A DNA stretch of 64,000 bases, taken from assembly GCA_004431415.1 (NCBI GenBank), contig QPMI01000325.1, forward strand, positions 1 through 64,000. The letters run 5' to 3'. The notes beneath the pieces were generated by a model that saw only the letters and a program-made list of their open reading frames with translations, was not told where the DNA came from and did not search any database. Below, piece by piece: positions 35,349-44,881 of the stretch (the first letter of the stretch is position 1; every line of letters begins with the position of its first letter). The translations under genes and the position numbers were made by a program. Source of the DNA: Cyanophora paradoxa CCMP329 (taxonomy: Eukaryota > Plantae > Glaucophyta).

Positions 35349-36917
35349 TCAGGACCAGTCGTCGCCGCCGCCGAGGAGGCCGCCGAGCTTGGACTTGCTC
35401 TTCTTGTCGCCGCCGCCGCCGAGGAGGCCCGAGTCCTCCCCGCCCGGCGACATCATCGTCGCCTCGCCGCCCTCGGGCGAGGCGTTGCGCCGCTGCGGCT
35501 GCTGCTGCTGGCCCCCGCCGAAGTCCAGGTTCTGGATGAAATCTATCGCGCTCTCCGACTGGGCCTTCCCCGCCGTGGAGACGGTCAGGCCGTGCGGGTT
35601 GTGCGAGCCGCCCGAGTGGTAGTGCGACGCCTTCGGGTGCTGGTGCACGGGCGGCGTCGCCGGCGCCGGCGCGCTCGTCGAGAAGAAGTCGAACAGGTCC
35701 GCGCTCTGCTGCTCCGCCGCCTTCGCCGCCGCAGCCGCCTGCGGAGGGCGTGCCGCCGCTGCCGCGGGCTGGGAGCCTGTCGCTCCCGTCAGCCGGGGCC
35801 GGGCGGGGAGGAGACGGGGACGCCGCACTGGCGAAGAAGTCCACGTTGTCAGAGGCCGGCTTGACGGCCTGCTGGGAGGAACCAACGTTCGCGGGGAAGT
35901 GCTGCGGGATCTGCGGCGCGCCTCGCCGGTCGGCGCCGGCGAGGGGTCCGCCGCGCCCGCTTACCTTGCCGCCCCTCGCCGGCGGGCTCTCGATCTTGTC
36001 AAAGTCATCGTCCATCGAGAGCATGCCTCCGGGACTGTCCGCGTTCGCCACCTGGTTGCCGACTGAGGCGTAGTTCCCACCGGCGCCGGAGAAGAGGTTG
36101 CTCAGCTTGTCCAGCGTCGATCCGTTCCCCACGATGGAGAGTGTGCCCCCAGGCAGCACCTTGTGACCCGCCTGCTCCACCGAACGCCCTGCGTCCGAGG
36201 CGGTCAGCCACCGGGGCCGCGCGCCGCCGGGCGCAATCAGAGCACCGAGCTTCTCGAAGCCACCCTTCATGTCTTGGACGCCGTCCTTCAGCTTGTCGAA
36301 GATCACCCCGACCGAAGGCTGCGTGAGCGGCTGCACAGGGAAACAACTGAGCTTGGCTTCCAAGCCGCCCGACTTGGCAGCACTCACTTTGAGCGCCTCG
36401 GCAGGCGATTTGCTTCTTGGGGAGATCCCGCCGGACGGGGCGGTTGGCAGCTTCATCGCCTGAGAAGTAGATTGTTGCACGGGGCCGCTCGTCACAACAG
36501 GCCTGCAGGATGGTGTGCGCGTGAGCGAGCGCTGCCGGTAGATGTCAGCGAGCACTTACTTCTGATTCATCTGGATGCCTGCCTTGGCCAGCTTATCTCG
36601 TGCCTCGTTGAGCTGCTGCTGAAGAGCTTGCCGAGCGGCCTGCACGTATGCAACACATCAGCGTCGTGGCGACCACTTCTGACAAGGCTCACGATCTCTG
36701 TGTCGAGGGACGCGCGCAGAGACTGGATCTGCGCGATGTAAAGTTTCTCCTGCGCCCAGTGATTAGCTGGACGCGCGTTTGCGCGGCTGGACTTCGGTAC
36801 TCTTGCCTTCTCATCGCTCATTCCCATGACTCCGCCCGACGAGCCCTCGTTCAAGCGGCGCCGGAGCTCGTCCAGCAGGTCACCATTGCTGAGCAACTTC
36901 GCAGCAACAGCCGCCAT
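35349..36917 (-). CDS. Hypothetical protein with short coiled coil and disordered DFF/LDF-motif tail
   Basis: Spliced chain from MAAVAAKLLSNG through QALQQQLNEARDKLAK, DDDFDKI, VDFFAS, DLFDFFS and NLDFGGG to ...GGGDDWS*. Confidence 0.6.
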
Positions 36918-37154
36918 CGACAGCCGAGCGGTTGACCTTTAGATCCGCGCGGCAGCTGACGTCGCTTGTCCGGGCGCTTGCGATCCTCGCTGTACTAATG
37001 CTTGTTGCCACTAGACCAGACCAGGTGCACTGATCTACTATTCCGCAGCACACGATCGCCTTCAAACACGTTTTGAAATTCGCGTAGCCCCCATTCAAAA
37101 CCGCGGCATAACCGCCGAAGCGCGAGCGCAGCATTAGCTACAGCGCAGCATTAG

Positions 37155-38333
37155 ATGCCGCGGGCGCTGCGGGCCGAGCCGGCGCTTGCGGCATCAGAGA
37201 TAGACCACGAAGTCATCGAGCAGCGGGGTCCTCGCCCAGACGACGCCTACCTTCCGCTCGTCCTCGCACACGGACTGGACAGTGGCCTGCCGACATGGGA
37301 TCCGATCGTCGAGGGGCTGACGCAGCGCGGCGTCCCGGTTGTGCGCTACAACGCACGGGGATCGGGCGGCACGCCTGCAAGGGGGGACTTTCTTACACCA
37401 GAGACCCAGGCGGGTGATCTACTTGCCCTCATTGACGGCCTCGGTCTGCCCTCGGTCCCTCTCGAATGGGATGCCAGCTTGCTGCAACTTACAGGCCTCT
37501 TCGGCAGGCCTCCGGCGCGCCAACCTTCTGGGCCACTCCCTTGGTGCCCGCACCTGCCTCCAATTCTCCGCCATGCACCCCGATCGTGTCGGCTGCGTCG
37601 TCTTCGAGGTGCGCGGTGCGGCGAGGCGCGCTGCGTGCGCTGATGTGCTGTACGCGTCGCGGGGGGCGAGCAGGACATGGAGTTCGTGCGGCGGGGCCGG
37701 GCGCGCACGGAGGAGGCGACGCTGGAGCGGGCGGCGCAGCTGCGCGAGGCCGAGCCGCCGCCGGGGGCCGCCTGGGCCCTCCCCGACCTAGAGCGCGTCC
37801 TGGAGCGCATGTACGGGGCGGAGGACGAGCGGGCGCGCGTGGAGGGGAACCCGAAGGTGCGGGCGCGGGGCGGCGCGTACGAGCTCTCCTTCACGCCGCA
37901 CGTCAACCCCCTCTGGTCCTACTTCGCCAACTGCCTCGACCTCCACGACGAGGCCCGCTCCCGCCCGCCCCCGCCGCCTCGCCCCTCCGGCCCCGGCCGA
38001 GGCGGCGGCAGGTGGCGGCGGCGGCGGCGGCGGGCGTGCCGATGCTGCTCGTGCGGGCGGAGCCCGGGCAGTCGGCCGTCACGGAGCGCGGCGCGCGCCT
38101 CTTCCTCCAGGCAGCCGGCCCCGCCGGCCGCGTCGCCATGGTCCGCAACGCCGGCCACAGGTCCGTCCCCCGCCCCCGCGCCGGCGCGCGTCTGAGGGGG
38201 CGGCAGCATCCACGGGGCGCGCCCGCAGGAGTTCCTCCGCCTCGTCCTCGAATTCCTCGAGGCGCAGCCGCGCTCCCGCGCCGGTCCCCGCGCTCCTGCC
38301 GCCCCCGCCGGATACGCGCCAAGCCCCGCGTGA
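37155..38333 (+). CDS. Alpha/beta hydrolase
   Basis: LVLAHGLDS..TW, RYNARGSG, nucleophile elbow LLGHSLGA, and catalytic His region VRNAGH-SIHGARPQEF. Confidence 0.88.
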
Positions 38334-38625
38334 CCTGCCAGACCGTCGGATTGCCGCCCGGCGGCCCGCCTTCGTCCCTGCCCGGGACACCCCCCTGCCC
38401 GCGGCCGGCCCCACCAAGTCGCCCCGGCGCCAGCTGCCAAGCGGTTCACGATACGGTCCTGTTCCTGCAAAAGGTAACTAAGCCGTTATCGTTACTTGCA
38501 AATGCGTCTCGCACGCTCATCACCGCGCTCGACCTCAGGGACGGCGTAGAAGGGAAATGATCAGAGTATTTACCTCGGACTCTCAAGTTCTATGCAATGA
38601 TGTGGCATTGTTGCGTGCAGTGTGA

Positions 38626-38731
38626 GGACCCGGGATGATTCGGGGAATCACTAGCCTCTCGCGAGATGGCCTATTGGTAGAACTGCCGCCTTGACACCCC
38701 TTAGTCGTTGGTTCGACTCCGGCTGGGTCCG
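38626..38731 (+). ncRNA. tRNA-like structured element (not a canonical tRNA)
   Basis: T-arm GTTGG-TTCGACT-CCGGC (B box) is followed by TGGGTCC, which pairs with GGACCCG at 38626. An A-box-like TGGCCTATTGG lies at 38667. There is no pairing anticodon stem. Confidence 0.4.
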
Positions 38732-39077
38732 GGTCGCAACGCGTCCATAACAGCATATAGCTAGTAGCCGCGTCGCCCCCGGCTCGGCCGCGGCACTGGC
38801 AGGTGGTCGGGCCATGTGCCGCGCACGCAAGCGCTGCGGCCGTGGCCACTCTCCTTCACTGCACGTAGCGGCTTACCAAAACACATGCGCATGCTTAAGC
38901 TTACGTACACGCACAACGCATGCACGAACCGATCAAATTCGACTTTCGCGCCGTACCCCCGTCCAACCGCAAAGCCCCGCCGAAAGAGCGCGAGCAAGCT
39001 GCAGCTGAGGTGGCAGCGCGCATTTGAGTTGGCTGCACAGCCCCGCGGCGACGCCCGCGGCGGGCAGCCTGCTAGAG

Positions 39078-41985
39078 ATGCAAGAAACCGCTGTGCTCAT
39101 CTGCGGCTTTCTCTTCACAACATCGGTTGCCATCATAGTATGCTACCGGCTTGCAGCACCGAACGTAGGGTGGCACGCGCGGATTACCACAATCGTCGCG
39201 TGGTCAGCCTCCTACTTCATCATCCTTCTCTTCCCGGCCGACCTCGCGACTGTGCGCCAGCGGTCCCGCGCGTTCAGTTCGTTAGCTATCAGCGTCCTGA
39301 TGCGCCGGCAGACGCTCACGCACAACGCGGAAGTGGGGCGGGGAGTGTATGAAGGAATATGGCGCTTCGCGTGAGCACCGTACTTCCGGCCACGCGCCGA
39401 TCCCATTTGAGAGCTGCCATGTGCGCAGGTACTGGAACACGCAGATTATGAGTAACCTGCTCGTGCCTTTCCAGCAGTCTTATGTGGCGGTCCGTGCCCG
39501 GCTGCCGCCTAGCTTGCGCGCGGCCTGTCGGCTGATTCCTTTCCTTTTTGTTCGTGCTTGCGAACGACTAGGCCGGAGAATTCACCGCGAAGACCAGATT
39601 GAAGCGGTTCGGAAAGGAGAACCTGCGGAAACTGATTATCGGCCTCGTTGTCGCCGTGATCGGCTTCATCATCATCGTCGCAAAGTACCGCTACCTTCTT
39701 AAGTTGTACGCGCTTTCCCAAGCTATGAAGGGCGTGTGCGTTGCCCGAACGTCTCGCGCAGCTCCAGCCTGCTGTCCCTCCTCATCGGCTTGGGAAACAT
39801 GTACGGACTGGTATTCTGCGTCCTTCTGCTCGGATATGGATGCGTTGAGGTGCCGTGCCTTGGCAGCATCGGCAGCAGCCCGCGGCGCTCCTCTGACCGG
39901 GCTGCCGCCCCAGATCCCGCGGCACCTGTGGTACTACGGGGACATGGACCGCCTGCTGAAGGCCTCGCAGTACCGCGCGGTTACGGTCGACGCAGCGATC
40001 ACCGACGCGCGCTCGCGGCTCGCCATGCACAGCAGCGTGCGCGGCCCCGCGGCTGGCGGCCCCCACGGGCGGCTTGACGACCCCCCCCTCCGCCCCCCCT
40101 CCCCCCTCCGTGCAGCGCGCCCTGCAGGCGGAGCAGCTGATCCCCGAGGGTCATGCGCTGCGCCGGTACATCGACGTGGTCGTGAAGAAGGTGCGCCGCG
40201 CCCTGCCCCCGCTGCCCCCGCCTCCCGGCTCCCCCGCCCCCCCCCGCGTGCCGGCGCCGAGGGCGGGCGCGGGGCAGATCCCGTCGGACTTCGACCTGGA
40301 CAGCGCGGCGAGCCTGATGGACGCGAACGAGATGGCGCTGGCGACGTGGCGGCAGGACGACAACACCTTCCCGAAGCTCGTCCAGCTCCACCGCGACATG
40401 AAGGACGCCGTCCTCTCCTACATCCGCGCCAACAAGTGCCGCCCCCGCCCTCGCCCCCCGGCCGCCCCCCCCGCCCCCGGGGCGGAGGCCGAGGGGGCGG
40501 CGCAGCGAGTGGACGCTGCTGGTGGGGGACGCGGTGGAGGCGCAGGACGTGATCTCCAACAGCGGCAACACCACGAAGATCTTCCACTCCTCCGTCCGCC
40601 CGCAGCGCGTGGGCAACCGCGCCGCGCTCGACGGGCTCGAGTGGTGGTGGAAGTGCCGCCTCCGGCAGCCGCTCTGCCGCGGCGTCGCCTGCCTCTTCAT
40701 GCTGATGTCGGTGATCGTGGTGTGGAGCGAGGTCACGATGTTCACGACGCGCTCGCTCTCGCCGTTCGGGCTGCTGCTCAGCCAGGGCGAGTCGTTCATG
40801 GCGGTGCAGATGATCGCCGCCCTGCCCCTCGCCTACATGGTCGCCTGCGCCTACTTCACCCTCTACAAGATCCGCCTCTTCTCCCTCTACCAGCTCCACC
40901 CCAACCGCCAGACCGACGCCTACTCCCTCCTCTTCAACGCCGGGTCCGCCCCGCGCCGCCCCGCCCCGGCGCCCCGCGCCGCGCACGGGGGGCCGACTCG
41001 TCGTGGCAGGTACGTGGCGCGCATCAGCTCGGCGCTCTGCTACAACTACATCAACATGCTCAACCTGAGCGACGACCTGCCCCTCACCGGCTTCGAGCGC
41101 GTGCGCCCGCCCCGCCCCGCCCCGCCCGGCGCGGCGAGGCGCGGGGCCGACGCGGGGGCCGGGGGGCAGATCATGGGCCCGGCGCTGCGCTTCTTTGGGT
41201 CCTTCTCGGAGGCGTTCAACTTCTACTTCCCGATGTTCATCGGGGTCTTCTTCGTGCTGAACGTCTTCAACGTGCCGCGGCGCATCCTCGCCCGCTTCGG
41301 CCTCTCCAAGCTCCTCACGAACACCGTCATCGACGAGGACCAGCTCGAGGAGGGCGCCCGCCTCCTCGCCCAGGGTGCCCCGCCCCGCCCCGCCCCGCCC
41401 CGCCCCGTCTCACCCCCGCCCCGCCCCGCCCCGCCCCTTGCCCAGCCCGGCGCCAGCAGGAGCGCCACGCGGCGAGCGGCGGGAAGCGCGGGGTGCGCGG
41501 CCGGCCCCTCCCCGCCGGCGGGGCGGCTCGAGCCGGGGCGCAGCACGGGGGGCGCGGGGCGCGCGGGGGACGCCGAGCTCCGCCTCCGCCTTCACGTACG
41601 ACCGGTGCGCGCTTTGGACGGGGCGGGCGGGGCGGGGCGCGGGGCGTGGCGGACGGGGCGGGGCGCAGGCACCCGTCGAGCTCGCCGGCGATGCTGCTCG
41701 ACGACGGGGACGACCTGCCGCGCGACGCCAGCATCGTGCGCCCGCCCCGCCCCGCCCCCCCCCGCCCCTGAGCCCCCGCAGCTCTCCATGGCCTCCACCC
41801 TGAGCACGACCCCCGTCCCGGAGACCCGCTCCGCCCTCGGCTCCCTCTCCGCCAAGTTCAGCAGCGCCCTCGCCAAGACCAAGCAGGGCCCGCCCCGCCC
41901 CGCCCCGTCCCGCCCCGCCCCGGCCCTCACCGCCCCCGCAGGCGGCTTCTTCACCTTCGAAAAGTTCGGGGGCGGGGGCTCCTGA
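39078..41985 (+). CDS. LMBR1-family multi-pass membrane protein (LMBRD2-like)
   Basis: IILLFPADLA, IWRFA-YWNTQIMSNLLVPFQQSY, GNMYGL..LLLGYGCVE-IPRHLW, VIVVWSEVT and YQLHPNRQTDAYSLLFNA..LCYNYINML. Confidence 0.88.
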
Positions 41986-42185
41986 ACCTCTTTCCTCCCT
42001 CTCGCCCTCCCCGCCACTACCCCGCCCTCCCCTTCGCTACCTCCGGCCACGTTTCGTCCCACCCTCCGTCTCATCTTCCTCCCCCCGCACCCGTACCCTC
42101 CCGATCCCCCACGCGCCCCCGTCTCATCGTCTAATTGAATTATCTTTTGAGCATCGAAACTTCCATAGGAAGCGCTGGCGACGCT

Positions 42186-42825
42186 TCAGGCGCCGCGGGG
42201 CCCCGACTCCGAGCGGCCCTTGCCCTGGGTCTCCACGCCGCGCGTCTCCTCCTCGGACTCCTCCAGCTGCTCCGCAGCCGACTGCATTCCCTTCTCGACG
42301 TGCTCTTTGATGTGCTCCCACGCCTTCGGGTCCAGTGCTGCACGGCCGCTTCAGGCGTTCGCGTTCGCAGAGGCGGGCGCCTCTAGCATGCGCACCTCGC
42401 CCCCGGTGTTTCCACGTCGAGGTGGCGATGAAGCGGCCGTGAGCGACGGGATCAGATTCGGGGTCCGGTTCAAAGAGCGAACTCCAGGCCTGGGCGCGTT
42501 CAAAAATGCCAAGCAGAGATGTAAAAATTAAAAAAGCGATTGAGCGCGTGCACACGTCGAGGAAAGCTGTACGGCCCGCTTCCGAGACTTCTCGCGGTGC
42601 ACATAAGCGTCAGTGCTGCGGCGACGGCGAAGTTCTCTATCAATGGAAATACGGCGCACTCTTTCTTCGCGCTTCGTGCGAGAGGTCGGCAACAGCGTGT
42701 GCCTCTTTCCGCACGAAGTCCTCCGCCGCGCGCTCGAGCTCGCGCAGCTTCTCGCCGGGGCCAGACGCGAGGCTGCGGCGGACGCGGAGCACCCCGCGCG
42801 TGCGTGCTGCGGCGCGCGAGAGCAT
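42186..42825 (-). CDS. Small hypothetical protein with Arg-rich, mitochondrial-type leader and one hydrophobic segment
   Basis: [21 protein letters not shown]..., SIAFLIFTSLLGIF, and last exon ALDPKAWEHIKEHVEK...PRGA*. Splicing is uncertain. Confidence 0.4.
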
Positions 42826-43004
42826 TCTTCGTTCGGTACAGGGGTACAGACGTGTGCAGGGGGGTAAATACTGCCGACCTCTGTCTCGTGGCACGCGGCG
42901 CGTCGACATCGATCAGAACGTGATAAGGTTCGTTTGAGTGCGCGCACAGGGATAGCGAGAGAGCACGAGCTGTCGCTGCGGGGGATCGGGGGAGCGGGAG
43001 AAAA

Positions 43005-44077
43005 ATGCCGTCAGCGTTCGTCTTCTCCGTCCAACCAGCGGCGTTGGTCCCTTCAGCCCCGGCCCTCTTCTTGCGTCCCGCCGCTTTGTCTGGAGTCCGG
43101 CGCGTCGCTGCGCCAGCCATCGCCTTCCACGGGCGCCGCGCGTGGCTCGGTTCGGCCGCTTGGCGAGCCCGTCCGGCGCACGGGATTTCCGCCGGCCCCT
43201 GGGTATTCGATCGCCGACGCTCGCTCATCAGCTGTCAGCAGCAGCCGTCGATGGCGTCCCTAATTCCTGGCGACGCGGCGCCGGCGTTTGCCACTGTCGA
43301 TCAAGCGGGTGCAGCGCGAACTTTGGACTCGCTCCTCGAGGAGAGCGGCAAGCTCCTGTGTCTTTACTTCTACCCGAAAGGTGCAGCGTCCCCGTGCGGC
43401 CGCCGTTGTTCGCGCTGACGCCCGGGCTCCAGACGACACGCCGGGATGCACGAAGGAGGCGTGCGGCTTCCAGTCGCTCGCGGCGAAGCTGCGCGAGGCG
43501 GGCGTCCTCGTGGCGGGGTGCAGCCCCCAGAACGAGGCCTCCAAGGCCAAGTTCAGCAAGGTGCCACTCCCCGTCTCGCGCCCCGTGCGCCGCGCGCGCC
43601 TGACGCCAAGGGGTCGCCAGAAGTACAAGCTGAACGACGTGATCCTGCTGGCGGACGAGGAGCACGCGATCGCGGAGGCGTACGGCGTGTGGCAGAAGAA
43701 GAAGTTCATGGGGCGCGAGTTCATGGGCGCCCTCCGCTGCACCTTCCTCGTCGACAAGGAGAAGAAGATCGCCAAGGCGCGCCCGCGCGCCGCTCGCCGC
43801 CACGGCGCCGCGCCGGCCTGACGGCGGGCGGCAGGTGTACAGCAAAGTGTCGCCGGCGGAGCACGCGGCGGAGATCCTCGCGTTCGCCTGCGGCGAGGGC
43901 GGCCCTGCGGCTGGCGGCGAGGGGCAGGGCGGGGGGCCCAAGGCGCGGGCGAAGCCGGGGGCCAAGCGGGGCACGAAGGCCGCGGCGGCGGAGAGGGCGG
44001 CCTCTGACGGCGAGGCGCAGGAGGAGCCGGCGGCGAGCGGCGCCAGGCGGAGCAAGCGCACGAAGAAGGCCGACTAG
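43005..44077 (+). CDS. PRXQ: Peroxiredoxin Q / BCP with putative plastid transit peptide
   Basis: LYFYPK-DDTPGCTKEAC (CxxxxC), LLADEEHAIAEAYGVWQKKKFMG and RCTFLVD. Leader MPSAFV; second ATG at 43251. Confidence 0.92.
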
Positions 44078-44086
44078 GCTGCGCCC

Positions 44087-44566
44087 ATGGCCTCCCCCTC
44101 CGCCCTCCTCCGCCCCTCCCTGCGCTCCGCCTTCCTCCGCCCCGTCCCGCGCCTCGACCTCCTCCGGCCCGCCGTCCGCCCCGGCCGCCCGCCATTCTTC
44201 GCCAGCCCCGCCCCCGCCGCCCTCGTCCCCTCTGCCCCGCGTCCCCCGGGGGCGCTGGGGACGGGCCCGGCGACGAGCGCGTGGCGGGCGCTGTCGGGGG
44301 GGACGGGTCGGGGGGCGGGGAAGCTGCGGTGGGGGGACTACGCGGCGGTGGCGGAGGCGCTGGACGAGGCGCACCCCGACGCAGACCTCCTCCGCATCCG
44401 CTTCCCCGAGCTGCGCGCCTGGGTCCTCGCCCTGCCAAACTTTGGGGACAACCCGGCCTTGTGCAACGAGGGGCACCTGGAGCAGATCCACGTCGCCTGG
44501 ATGGAGGAGCGCGGCGTCGACCTCGACTACGAGCCCCTCGAGCCCCCCGCCCCCAAGAAGCCCTGA
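44087..44566 (+). CDS. iscX: Fe-S cluster assembly protein IscX (YfhJ) with N-terminal presequence
   Basis: KLRWGDYAAVAEALDEAHPDADLLRIRFPELRAWVLALPNFGDNPALCNEGHLEQIHVAWMEE matches the IscX pattern LKW-D---I---L---PD-D---RF-D---W---L--F-D-P---NE--LE-I---W--E. Single open frame. Confidence 0.88.
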   Translation: MASPSALLRPSLRSAFLRPVPRLDLLRPAVRPGRPPFFASPAPAALVPSAPRPPGALGTGPATSAWRALSGGTGRGAGKLRWGDYAAVAEALDEAHPDADLLRIRFPELRAWVLALPNFGDNPALCNEGHLEQIHVAWMEERGVDLDYEPLEPPAPKKP

Positions 44567-44881
44567 CCACGAGCGCCTCTGTCGCGAACCCTAGGCGCGG
44601 CCTCTAGATCTGTCTCGGGCGCCCCGCCGCCGTACCGTGCGATAGATTAGACCGAGGCCTGTACAGATGTGCCCGCAGCATTCTCGTTTTTGCAGGCCTA
44701 GGAGGGCGTGGCGCGTTGGTAGAGGGGCAAGGGGGCGGCTGGGTTGCGCAATTGCAAGTTCGAATTCAGGCGCCGGCGGATCGGAGCCTTCGGAGGCGCG
44801 GCTAAGGACACGGCGAACGAAGAGGGGGTACACGTCCCGCGCGGCTACATAGGTACCTATAGCTAGACGCGCCGGATCCGG

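Noticed and set aside
38565-38625. GTATTTACCTCGG resembling the U1 snRNA 5' end
   Set aside because: No U1 stem-loop II (ATTGCAC) or Sm site follows.
38626-38731. Call as a canonical tRNA (Ser, Val or Sec)
   Set aside because: The D and anticodon stems do not pair in any register tried, so it is kept only as a tRNA-like element.
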